DNA of 64,000 nucleotides from Octopus sinensis (taxonomy: Eukaryota): assembly GCF_006345805.1 (NCBI RefSeq), contig NC_043006.1:2728001-2792000 (forward strand). Direction: 5' to 3'. The notes below the pieces were generated by a model. It was not told the DNA's origin. It did not search any database and was given only the letters and a program-made list of their open reading frames with translations. A program made the position numbers and the translations under genes. Numbering within the stretch: position 1 is the stretch's first letter; every line of letters begins with the position of its first letter. This document shows, piece by piece, positions 38,866 to 50,525 of this stretch.

Positions 38866-39827
38866 TATATATATAATATAAAGAATTGGTTATAAAATGC
38901 TTGTGTGACTGTGGCACCGACAGCCACCAAGTAGTGTGCAGTGGAACCTGAATCTCAAACTGCAGTATCTTCGTAGGTAGCCGAAAGGTGGGAAATTGGC
39001 AAGAAGAACAATTAGGACTTTGTGGTTATGGAAGTAGAAAGATGAACAATAATGTGTGAAAAGCTGCATATATGATTTACATGATGTAATCAAGTCTAAT
39101 CTTTACAGCTGTTTCAAATAATCAATGACAGGTTGATATAATCATTATGCAAGGAAGTCCAATAAGGAATCAATATTGTAGGTGTCCATAATATTAAAGG
39201 AAAGGTGTCAACAAGACCAGAGCTATTTAAATCCCTGCTAATCCACACGTTTCCTTTTCTTTTATGTATACCAATAATACTGACTCAATACTGGACTTCC
39301 TTGTAAGTTTGAATGCCCTGACACGTCAGCATTACCTCTGGAACACTCTTTAGACCCTGCCTTTCATTCCTGGTATGTAGACAGAAAATAACTTCAAACA
39401 CTTTATTAGGATGCATACGACTAGAGATAAGTGCAAAAGAACATCCTTTATTGCATTCCGAGTTCATATCACTTAGCTCCATTGTGATTACTATCAGAAC
39501 CCACAGGCATATAAGAAAAACAAACAAACTGGAGAATGAAGAGAACAGGGCATGTCCAAACTGCCAGCAGCCCCTCTGATAAATCACTGGCTGTTAGTGT
39601 AGTTGTTGGACTTGAGTCAAGCAGGCAAGTAATATACTTGGAATCCTGGGTCTGTCGGTTACACTGCAAGCTGGTGGTTTGTTTGATCAAGGTTGAATGG
39701 AGCTACGTAACATACAAGGCGTTTGTAGAATCTTTGTCCTGTGTTGGTTTATTGGTTATGTAAGTGTCTGTGTGTATTGAAGTGTGACTGCTGTGCAAGT
39801 TCTTATTGGTCCTTTCATATGTTACAG

Positions 39828-39899
39828 AGTTAGAAAGAAAGTTGAAAAGAGATTTCTTTCATAGAATCAGCAGCATCTCTCGCAGCATAAAGAAACTTG
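39828..39899 (+). CDS. Candidate internal coding exon (72 nt, phase 1-1)
   Basis: Acceptor cctttcatatgttacAG and donor CTTG|GTAATG. Only one frame is open: (E)LERKLKRDFFHRISSISRSIKKL. Confidence 0.35.
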
Positions 39900-40989
39900 G
39901 TAATGAGTGAGCAGCTAATTTGCTTTCGAGTAATTGTTGTATCTTAGATATTAAGGACTATCCTGGCAAGTATGCAATTAATCCATTGCTTATATCTTGA
40001 CAGACAGATGCATCATATTCAGTGCTTTGTCACGGTGATGCTGTTTACTTCAGTACATTAGTGATCTTCTTGGGCATGAGTAGCAATTAAATAACTAGCA
40101 GCAATTAAGCAATTAATCTCAAAAGTTGGTGCGTGGTACTCTTGGTTAGTTCTAATTATGTTTTTTTTTTGTTTTTTGTGTGGTGAGATCATTTTACTTA
40201 TTAATTTGAAACTTAAGGCTGTAAAAAATATGCCTGTGCAGAGAAAACAACCATAAATTAATTATAATAGTTTGCTTTTATTTTCTACATACCACAAAAA
40301 ATGTAGACCTCTTCCTGCCCCATGGTACTAATAACTGAAAGCAGTTAACAGCATGTGCTCATCCAAAGCTTGGTGCATGTTTGAATTAGACAAAGCCATG
40401 GAAACAAAGAAAAATAACAAGTTTTAAATGACAACATTAATGAAAGCAAAGTCTGCATAAATGCATTGCAGAAACTGCTTTTGCAGATGCTAATGTTTGT
40501 CAAGTCAAATGCATAAATTCAATGTCGTAAGAATAGTGTGATACACATATTTTTGAATTAAAGTTCCTTGAGTGCCACATGTTATAAGAACGGTCAATGT
40601 CAGCGGCATAAAGAAAAAAGAAAGTGACATACATGATATAGGAAAGAGGCCAAGACTAAGATGCAGTAAATAAATTTTTTGCTCAGCTTAAATGTAGTTA
40701 GTAATTTAAGGTTAGGTGAAATGAGTCCTGTATGAAGGACACATTTTCCTATGGCACTAACAACTACAGAAAAAGAGAGTAGTTGCAGGTAGCTACTGTC
40801 CAGTTGAGGTGTGGCTGAAAAAGCATTTAAGAGAGCGGTACTTTGGAGTTTCAGATTAAGTAACCAGATTGGCACCCAAAATACTGTTCTCTCATTGGCT
40901 AATAAAACTAGTGGAAAATGAGCAAAATCACCAAATATTTCATGAAGCTTACTACGAGGCCATTTTATCTGTGCCAGGTAGTTATGTAA

Positions 40990-42128
40990 TAAGGATAAAA
41001 ACCCTCACAAATATGACATACTTTAGTTCTTGTCTGATAAGAAAGACTTAGACCAAGAACAAGTGTTTTTCAGGAGAAATAACAGATGGTTATGTACAGA
41101 TCCTTACTATGGCCCCAGAGTGGTGCACACAAAGTTACCTGCAACCGTGATGGTTTTAGTAGTGGTGAGTAATGTAGGTCATTCGAAGACCTCTTTCCAC
41201 AGGGTCTTAGAATTAAAGATAGATAGGCGCAGGTGTGGCTGTGTAATTAGACACTTGCTTCTCAGCCACATGGGTCCAGGTTCAGTCTGTCTGCAGGACA
41301 CTTTGGGCAAGTGTCTTTTACTACAGCCTTGGGCTGACCAAAGCCTTGTGAGTGGATTTGATAGATGGAAACTGAAAGAAGCCTGCCATATGTGTGTGTG
41401 TATATATGTGTGTATTTTTTTGTGTCTGTGTTTGCCACCCCCACCCCCCACCATTACTTGACAACTGATGCTGGTGTATTTATGTAGCTGTAACTTAGTG
41501 GTTCAGCAAAAGAGACTGATAGAATAAGTACTAGGCTTACAAAGAATAAGTCCTGGTGTTGATTTGTTTGACTAAAAAACCCTTAAAGGCATTGCTACAG
41601 CATGACCACGGTCTAATGACTGAAACAAGTAAAAGAATAAAAGAATACGCTGAGCTATTGGAATCAGTTGTTAGAGCCATGGATGGATAAAGTAAGCATT
41701 TGCAAGACCCAATGGTTTCAACTCCACCATTTTTGGACAAAGCTGGCAAAGCCTCTGAATGGAGGTCAGACAATTTCTACAACCATCAGACACGAAACTT
41801 GTGACAACAAAACTTGCCGGGTTTAAATCCCATGAAGCATTGTTAAAAGCAAGACTAACCAACATCCCCACAACACCATAGCTTCACTGAATGCCGCCAT
41901 TGTCCAGGTTATGTCCAAATGGAATAAGGACCATTTAGTGTGGGTATATCAGCAATTCTAGTCCTGCATTGAAGCAGTTTTTGAAGCTGAAGGTTGATTC
42001 ATATAATAATCATCTAAGAGAAAGCTTGTGGAAAACGCACGCATGTTTTTATTAAAATATATTTGGTTCTTGCTGGATTTGAGTGATTTTATTAAATTAC
42101 CAAACATGTCCTCCAATACTCCTTGCAC
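40990..42128 (+). mobile_element. maT/DD37D-like Tc1-mariner transposase relic, split by a SINE B insertion
   Basis: SDKKDLDQEQVFFRRNNRWLC...VVHTKLPATVMVLVVVSNVGH...FPQGLRIK (41030-41217) resumes as YAELLESVV at about 41646. It later reads HNTIASLNAAIVQVMS and IEAVFEAEG. Outer boundaries are approximate. Confidence 0.75.
41226..41647 (+). mobile_element. SINE family B, full-length, nested in the maT-like element
   Basis: Head GGCGCAGGTGTGGCTGTG...GGTTCAGTC, a (TG) middle, and tail AGTGGTTCAGCAAAAGAGACTGATAGAATAAGTACTAGGCTTACAAAGAATAAGTCC...GAAACAAGTAAAAGAATA. Confidence 0.88.
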
Positions 42129-42129
42129 A

Positions 42130-42165
<36 letters not shown>

Positions 42166-42324
42166 CAGATGAAGGCTTCTTTGCTGTTTCTTTCTACCAA
42201 ATATGCTCATAAGGTTTTGAGCAAGCTTGGTGTAATGTGGTGAGGCTGAATCCAAAACCATATGCATGGCAAGCAATCACATGGTTATTTACCAGCCACA
42301 CACACACACACACACATTTATATT

Positions 42325-42450
42325 ATTATTACTTTTATTATTATTATTATTATTATTTTATTATTATTATTATTATTATTACTATTATTATCATTATTAT
42401 TGTTTTAATTTTTAATATTATTATCATTATTATTATTATTATTATTGTTA
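42325..42450. repeat. (ATT)n microsatellite
   Basis: Visible directly. No associated Dong-like sequence. Confidence 0.9.
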
Positions 42451-42528
42451 TATCATACACACACACACATTATATATATGTGTGTGTGTGTGTATGATAT
42501 ATAGATAATTATCTACATCATATTTTGT

Positions 42529-42588
<60 letters not shown>

Positions 42589-42806
42589 CAGTTGGCATGA
42601 ATATTGACAACTCTACTTTCAAGATAATAACATTACAGAGAGCTGCAAAAATGAAATTAACTTTTGGTATTGGTAGGTGTTGTCTTTGACTATCAGTGCT
42701 ACGAATGTAGCTATTGATTTATAGATCCACACTACCATGTTTTAATCTGGTTTAAGATGACCACAACCTAATATTCAAGCATGTTTTTTGTTTTCTATGT
42801 ATGTAG

Positions 42807-42880
42807 AAGATTTTGGTTCCGACAAGAAAGGCAGGACTGGAAAACAGCTTCAGTACATGGGAAATAACTGGGATTTATAA
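42807..42880 (+). CDS. Candidate terminal exon (phase 1 start)
   Basis: Acceptor ttttttgttttctatgtatgtAG, then (E)DFGSDKKGRTGKQLQYMGNNWDL*. The other two frames are also open for 19-28 codons, so the evidence is weak. Confidence 0.2.
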
Positions 42881-43046
42881 GTTGGCTTTATAAGTTGGAA
42901 CCCTGAGAAGCAGTTGATGGATTTAGCTGTTTTGAAGGTGATTTTAAATGTGGCTGAGCCATATCTGTGTTGACTCAAATCTAATACTGTGGTAGTGTTT
43001 GATTTTGAACTGTATCATTGAAAAAAAAAATGACAAAAAGAAAAAT

Positions 43047-43203
43047 AGAGTGGCTGTGTGGTAAGAAGCTTGCTTACCAACCACATGGTTCTGGGTTCAG
43101 TCCCACTGCGTGGCACCTTGGGCAAGTATCTTCTACTATAGCCTCAGGCCGACCAAAGCCTTGTAAGTGTATTTGGTAGATGGAAACTGAAAGAAACCCA
43201 TTG

Positions 43204-43240
<37 letters not shown>

Positions 43241-43430
43241 TTGTGGCCATGTTTGTCCTCACAATCATCGCTTGACAACCGATGTTGGTGTGTTTACATC
43301 CCTGTAACTTCGTGGTTCGGCAAAAGAGATTGATAGAATAAGTACTAGGCATCCAAAGATTAAGTCTTGTGGTTGATTTGCTCGACTAAAGGCAGTGCTC
43401 CAGCATGGTCGCAGTCAAAATAAACAAAAA
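43047..43430 (+). mobile_element. SINE family B, full-length
   Basis: GTGGCTGTGTGGTAAGAAGC...GGGTTCAGTCCCACTGCGTGGCACCTTGGGCAAG...CGGCAAAAGAGATTGATAGAATAAGTACTAGGC...GCTCCAGCATGGTCGCAGTC. Confidence 0.88.
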
Positions 43431-43699
43431 ACTGGTACACTGTGGATGGATAGTGTCAGTCCTTCCTTTTGATTATTCAGATAAGCAACTCGAGCGGCTG
43501 CCGTTTGAGATTTATGGCCATGGATGAGGGTCCTTGGTGTTTGTCCTGCTGGAACAGCATTATCTGTGACTGAACAGTCTGAAATGCGAATGGCACACAA
43601 GCCACATTTATGGGCTTTCCCAGCGCTGTTTGGGTTGTAGCAGTGACTTACAATAATTAACTGTTGCTCTCCATGTTGTGTTGATGCAGTAGGTGAGAC

Positions 43700-44150
43700 C
43701 TGAATGTCCTCTCTAGGGTGTGTTGTCCAGTTCTATTTCTTCAGTACAGGGCATTTGATAGGATCCAGGCCTGAGCAGTATGGAACTGAGGACAAGTTGT
43801 TGCCCATGCAGTGTGTCTCCCCTCTCCATGTTACTGAGGAATTCAAAAACATGGGCATTGCAATTTGGCACCAGCATCATCACAGAAGTTGCCACATTGA
43901 GATTGTAGACAAGGTCAAACTGCCTCAGGGTTGCTGGCTCCAATTTTTTTCCTGGGGCTTACTCCTGAAGTTTCTCCCGTGGATGAGTAGGGCTAAAAGG
44001 TAGCAAAGGTTTGGAATCGGAGTGTTTTCTTTTCCCTAGACCTCTACCAGGTTAACAAGCTCCATCTTCACAACTGACTTGCTAATTACCCCAGAGTTGG
44101 GACCCTGACAGGTGCCGCTGCTTTTCCTCAAAGTAGGCCTGGAAACAATA
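43700..44150 (-). mobile_element. Probable decayed 5' region of an RTE-like LINE
   Basis: The reverse complement contains CTAGGGAAAGAAAACACTCCGATTCCAAACC, which resembles the CTAGGAGAAGGAAAACTCTGAATTCAAACC motif I recall from RTE 5' regions. Recognition only. Confidence 0.35.
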
Positions 44151-44497
44151 GTGGCTGAGAGGCAGTTCTACACATCTCAAGAAGTAAATAACTTCTTTCA
44201 TTTACACTATAACAATGTGTTCGCATGAATTACGTAATTGAATAAGTGGAGGATTTTGAGCTGAGGGTCCAAGGCAAAAGACACAGATATATATATATGA
44301 GCTGAATGAAAATGTTAAGCATGGTGGTGATGAATAAGTAGACAAGTTGATTGAAAGAACGAATATCATTTGGTTTTATGTTTGTTATTCCATGCTAACA
44401 TGAGTTAGGTAAATATTGGTAAGATATTATTACTGAGGTATTAATTACTTTGCAGCTGGAGGCCATTCCTATTGCTAAATCTTACTTGTTTTTCAAG

Positions 44498-44717
44498 TTA
44501 ACCATTTAGCATTGACATTAAGTGTAATGCTTATTCATTCACATTGTTTTGAATTGACTATGAATTATCTTGTAGCTTTGAGAGTTTGATGATGTGATTG
44601 TTTATTTTTAGAATGACATTGTAGGATAGGTGTGAGATGTTAAATATGACCAGTTTGAGCATAAAATAGGTAGAATATTTGGGTCAGATATGACTGGATT
44701 TTTTGCTAAAGGATTAA
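44498..44717 (+). mobile_element. piggyBac-type MITE (TTAA|CCCTTTAGCA family)
   Basis: TTAACCATTTAGCATT...TGCTAAAGGATTAA. The body is homologous to 45057-45285 and, reverse-complemented, to 46549-46755. Confidence 0.75.
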
Positions 44718-45056
44718 ATAAATAAACACATGAGAAAAGGTAGTCCTAGATACCCAAAATATGGAATGGTCTTGGCTGGGATGTTTTTGATTATAGTATA
44801 TCTTCTTGATTACTGTTAATCTGAGGCTAATCAACAACTTCTCCATTTCCAGAGCAAACAATGTTCCAAGGGCCCAGATATAGCTACCTGTTCAATATCA
44901 TGGCATATTATCAAATACTACAAGAGAATGCACAGTTGTGATCACACACTACACAACTGCATCCCTTACACAGTGACATTAAAGTTGTCATTCAATTCTA
45001 ACATTGCTCTGTCAAATGTCTGTAGGTCTACATTTTTTCGTGTGGTCTTCTTTCTT

Positions 45057-45285
45057 TTAACCCTTTCGCATTCGGATTACTCTGTCAGATGTAATGTTTA
45101 GCTAATCTCATTGTTTTGAATTAATCATGCCTTATCTTGTCAATTTGCAGTTTCAGTGATGTGGCTGTTTATTTTCAGAATGACATCAAAGGCTAAGTAT
45201 GAGAGTCTAGAGGCAGCTAGTTTGACCATAACACAGCGAGAATATTTGGGGATGGATACGGTTCGTTTGACTGCTAAAGGCTTAA
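45057..45285 (+). mobile_element. piggyBac-type MITE, same family
   Basis: TTAACCCTTTCGCATT...TGCTAAAGGCTTAA, with the shared internal CATTGTTTTGAATT. Confidence 0.75.
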
Positions 45286-46548
45286 GATAATATGGTGTGA
45301 GTTGAGGGAAACTTAGCTGTAATTTCTTGCAAAGCAAGCAACCATGTAGAGGTTTCTTCATTCACTTGAGAAAAACCACCTGGATATGGTTAGCACATAA
45401 GCAATACAGTTGACGGTGGTTATTAATGGTTTATTACATGGTTGAGGTGTAGAGATTTGTTATGGAAGGCAACCCAGAGCGGTTTGGCTCTGGATGAAAA
45501 GTGCATTTTATTGTTGTTTTTGTGGATAGAGACGAGTGAAAGAAACAATGACTTTAGAATATTAATCTGAATTCTGTTGTGTTTTTAATGTCTGCATGAA
45601 GTTGGATATCTTTTAATCTATTCTTTTGGAGCCAGGATTCTAGTTTGTGTGTTTATGGTTGGAGATGGGATGTCACTCTTCCTGTTATGGGTTTAGATTA
45701 TGTAAGCAATGTCATCAAATGAGTCTGTTAATTCGTTGAGTGGAAGAGTTAGAATTTCATATATGTACACACACACATATATATATATATACACACACAC
45801 ATATACATACAGAGAGCGATTTTTATTCCTGTCTGCTAATATATATATATATATAATATATATATATATATAAATATACATATACATACACAGAGTGACT
45901 TTTATTCCTGTCTGCTAATATATATATATATATATAAGCAGACAGACAGAACGTTGATAACAGTGATCAATAAAGCAGACATGAAACCAAACTATTCTTG
46001 GAAAATCCAGGGATCTTGAAATGGTATATAAACCTGGAATCTGGAGAAATAATTAATTTGTCATTGTTTTATGTTTAAAGCCATTTTGGTTAGTTAGTAA
46101 GCTGAGAACAGAATCAAAATTACTAATTTCAGTTGAAAGCAGGGGACAAAGTGTAGGAAAGTTGTTTTCATGTTCAGTCAGTCGAGTATTTGTTGTGATT
46201 GGTTATAGATTATATTGTGCGTGGGTCGTTAGTTTTAAGTTGTGAATGAAATGGTATCAATATCTGGAAATGCATCAGGAATTCAAAGATGAAATTTATT
46301 GGTGAATGTTATTTGAGAGAAATACTTAAGGAAAAAAAAAATGTGTAAATTATATTTACAATATTTGAACAGGAACTGCAGATGTAAAGTAAGTGGTTAG
46401 CATCAAGGAATTTCTAGAAATTGAAGAAGCTATCTTAAAATATTTGTAGACATAGATCATAAAGGATCAAACTATGTTCTTTATATGAGGTAGCGCTTAT
46501 GAGTTCAGTCTGTGACAAAATGTTGAAGTGGCTGGCAATTAAAAAGTA

Positions 46549-46755
46549 TGAACCATTTAGCAAATACTCTGGCTCAAATACTCTGACTGTTTTAAACAGG
46601 CTAGATCTGGTCTCTTACACCTATCCTACGATACCATTTTAAAAGTAAACTATCATCAAAATCTCAAAGCTACAAAACAATGCATGATTAATACTAAACA
46701 ATGTGAATAAATAAGCATTGCATTTGACCAACGAATCTGAATGTTAAAAGGTTAA
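46549..46755 (-). mobile_element. piggyBac-type MITE, same family, opposite orientation
   Basis: GAACCATTTAGCA...AAACAATGTGAATAAATAAGCATT...AATGTTAAAAGGTTAA. Confidence 0.7.
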
Positions 46756-48584
46756 GCTGTGTAAAAAGTTATTGTTCTAACAAATATTGACCATTTCTCC
46801 TGCTCTCATCATTGAGTAAATATTGAAGCAAGAAATTTCTTTGCAAAAAAGCAATTCTCAAGCTTTTTCATTTTTATGTGTTTCTACTGACTTGTTGATT
46901 GTTGTTGTAATTAATCCTTTTACAATTACATTTTGATAGTTCTAGCCATTTTGAGAATCAAATAATACAAAATCAACTAATATAAAATACTACAATTGTC
47001 ACTGATTCTTCTTGTCTAACATATAAAACAAGTTAAGAAACAATTATATGATTGGTTAGAGCAGTAGAGAAACTGAGACTGGTAGGCATGTTGTGAGGCA
47101 ACTGAAGTGGGCCGCTCACAAAGGTCTGATTGGGCTTAGAGTTATTGGTGCATCAAAACAAAAGTGTGTGTGTGGGGGCTATAAATCCCATCACTGAAGC
47201 TGCAGATAAGTGGCTTCAGATAAAGAGGGTTGACCAGTGGTTTGCTGCTTTTGGGATGCAATCTGTGATTTGATCAACCCTGGTTGGGTCCACTGGGCAA
47301 CCCCTTGACACTCAGAAGCATCACTGACACTGCATCCCAGAGCATTCAAGAGATGAATCTTAAAAATAAATTCAAACAATGATCCAGCTGTATTTTCCTT
47401 TTCCTAATGTTTGACAGTCCACTTCTAACTTAAATGTTTTAAGGACTGTTTTATGAAAGATCTCTTTCTGCTTAGAATACCTGTGAAAAAAAAAGAAATG
47501 TGGTATGAAGATTGAGCCATAATTTCACTGGAAGACTTCTGTTGAAGTTCTGTGTTTCATTTATCAGTATTGAGCTGAAAGTAATTTAACTTCAAAAGTG
47601 ACTGTTAAAGTGTTAAGATTTTTTGGAAACTATGACCCATTTGTATATCAATTTAATGACCCCCATATTTTAAAGTTAGTTGACAGTAGAAATCTGCCAG
47701 TCAAAATGGACCCTATTTCCCATTCCCATTCCCAGTAGTGTTCTATCCTCCCTGAGATACATTTAAGAATTCCAAAACTTTGTGGACAATTATTATTACT
47801 CCAGTGATATATAACTTAATAAGTTGTGAACTGGTAATGCCCTCTTGAGAATTTAGATTTACACTTGAACTACTTTAGCTAACACCTTTCTACCTAGAGA
47901 GGCAGTAACTTGGTTTAAGATTTCCACACTTCATCTTGGAGAGTGGCAATTTCTCTAACCTTTTGGAAAATGTCAGTTCTCTTGTTTATATAAATTGCCT
48001 TACTTTTTCGGTCAGTGCTCATTAATTTGAGAACTGAATTTTATATTCCTGTACTTTTAGTATTTAGATTAAAATAGCTTTGTCCAAGACAAATTCTTCC
48101 ATTTGCTTTATAAAATTTTACTTTTTGTAAATCATCAATAAAACATAATGGATTGTGATATGGGTTTCTTATTCCCTTTTTTTTTGGTGAGTGTTTTGAA
48201 GTTAAACAAGTTGATCTGTTTATTTTGTTTTTTGGAAAATCTTTTTTACCATTCAATTACATTATCAAAAGAAATAGCCATACTAACTCTTTTGTTACCA
48301 TATTTCTGTTGAAATTCACTATCTTTATTTCTATTAATTATGAACTTAATGAAGAATTTCATAAAATAACATTATTAAGCTGGTATTTAGAATGTAAATT
48401 AACATGAGGTTTTGATAAAAGGTTTTTGGATCCCTTTAAAAAAGGAAGTTTGTATCATAAAACCTGGAGTGGTCTCAGGTAGGTTGGTATCAAACGGGTT
48501 CACCCAAAGTTTAATAAATGCTAACGAAAAGGAAATTTTTCTCTATATCAGTGTATTTCAGTAGTATATTGTACAGCTGACTAT

Positions 48585-50290
48585 TCATCATCGTTTAACG
48601 TCCGTTTTCCATGCTAGCATGGGTTGGACGATTTTGACTGAGGGCTGGCAACCAGATGGCTGCACCAGGCTCCAGTCTTGATCTGGCAGAGTTTCTACAG
48701 CTGGATGCCCTTCCCAATGCCAACCACTCCGAGAGTGTAATGTGTGCTTTTTACGTGCCACCTGCATGAGGGCTAGTCAGGCGGTACTGGCAATGACCTC
48801 GCTCGAATCTTTTTACACATGCCACCGGCACAGGTGCCAGTGAAGCGACGTTGGTAACGATCACACTCGAATGGTGCCCTTTTACGTGCCATGGGTATGG
48901 AAACCAGTTGGCTGCTCTGGCAACGATCATGCTCGGATGGTGTTCTTGGCACCCTACTAGCACAGGCATAAGTGCCAGTAAGGCGACGCTGGTAACGATC
49001 ATACTCGAATAGCCGCTCTGTCAACGATCACACTCGTATGGTGCTCTTTGCACCCCGCTAGCACAGATGCCAGTCATCTAATTTGATTTCAATTTCACTT
49101 GCCTCAACAGGTCTTCGCAAGCTAAGTTTAGTGACCAAAGAAGGAAAAGGTACGCATAAGTGGGCTGGTTACGCTCCTGGCATAGGCTACGGGTTATGGT
49201 TTCATCTGGCTTGCCGTGTCTTCTCGAGCACAGCATATTTCCACAAGTGTTGGTCACTAGTCATTTCCTTGGTGAGGCCTAATGTTCGAAAGTCGTGCTT
49301 CACCACTTCATCCCAGGTCTTCCTGGGTCTACCTCTTCCACAGGTTCCCTCAACCGCTAGGGTGTGACACTTTTTCACACAGCCATCCTCATCCATTCGT
49401 GCAACATGACCATACCAGCACAGTTGTCTCTCTTGCACGCCACATCTGATGCTTCTTAGGTCCAACTTTTCTCTCAAGGTACTTACACTCTGTCATGTAT
49501 GCACACTGACATTACACATCCATCGGATCATACTGGCTTCATTCCTTGAGAGCTTACGCATATCCTCAGCAGTCACAACCCATGTTTCACTGCCGTGTAG
49601 CATGGCTATTTGTACACATGCATCATACAGTCTACCTTTTACTCTGAGCAAGAGGCCCTTTGTCACCAACAGAGGTAAGAGCTCTCTGAACTTTGCCCAA
49701 GCTATTCTTATTCTAGCAGCTACACTTTCAGCACACCCTCCTTCACTACTGACTTGGTCTTCTAGGTAACGGAAGCTATCTCCCTGGAATGTGGCGGAAG
49801 TTGGTCTCTGTGCATTTTCAGTGTTTATCGCTCCCGAGCATCTGCCACACACAAAACCTATCCTCCCAGTGAGCCTTCCTTTGACATTGCTGCACCTCTT
49901 ATGTGTCCATAGCTTACACTGGGTACATGTTATAGAGTTTCTACCGACGCCTCTACTACAGATCAAGCAGGGCCATCTACCTGAAGGGATTTGTGGTTTG
50001 CCTGTCTTCCTACTTATTAGGACTTTGGTTTTAGCTAGGTTGATTCTAAGGCCCTTCGATTCTAATCCTTGTTTCCACACTTGAAACTTCTCCTCTAGTT
50101 CTGATAGTGACTCAGCAATTAGAGCAAGGTCGTCAGCATAGAGGGGCTCCCAGGGGCATCCTGTCTTGAATTCCTCCGTTATTGCCTGGAGGACTATGAT
50201 AAATAGGAGGGGGCTGAGGACTGAACCCTGGTGGGCCCCAACCTCTACCTTGAATTCTTCAGTGTACTCATTGCCAACCCTTACCTTAAC
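48585..50290 (-). mobile_element. RTE-clade LINE, 5'-truncated inside the RT domain, with an expanded 3' UTR
   Basis: ORFs 49493-50080 and 49202-49477 are near-identical in protein sequence to 18867-19763. Upstream lie QGSVLSPLLF and LYADD. The 3' UTR at 48585-49200 has a short (GAT) tail. Confidence 0.92.
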
Positions 50291-50315
50291 AAATAATATC
50301 TAAAAGAAAACGAAG

Positions 50316-50525
50316 GTGGCCAGCTGGCAGAATCATTAGCATGCTGGAGAAGATGCTTAATGGCATTTGATCGGTGCTTATGTTCTGAGTTCAAATTCTG
50401 CTGAGGTTGACTTTGCCTTTCGTCCTTTGGGGGTTGATAAATAAGACCCAGTTGAACACTGGGGTTGGCGTAATTGACTTACCTCCTCCCCGAAATTGCT
50501 GGCCTTGTGACAAAATTTGAAACCA
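50316..50525 (+). mobile_element. SINE family A, near full-length
   Basis: GGTGGCCAGCTGGCAGAATCATTAGC...GAGTTCAAATTC...GCCTTTCGTCCTTTGGGGGTTGATAAATAAG...TGGCCTTGTGACAAAATTTGAAACC. Confidence 0.85.

Noticed and set aside
30628-39899. Three 72-nt candidate exons whose coordinates all end in 28 and 99; possible LRR-type exon array
   Set aside because: The peptides share no LxxLxL pattern or mutual similarity. The coordinate match depends on the arbitrary window start and is coincidence.
47226-47281. About 56-nt imperfect hairpin, possible pre-miRNA
   Set aside because: It has only an 8-bp clean stem with several mismatches beyond it, and matches no miRNA I recognise. Small-RNA data would be needed.
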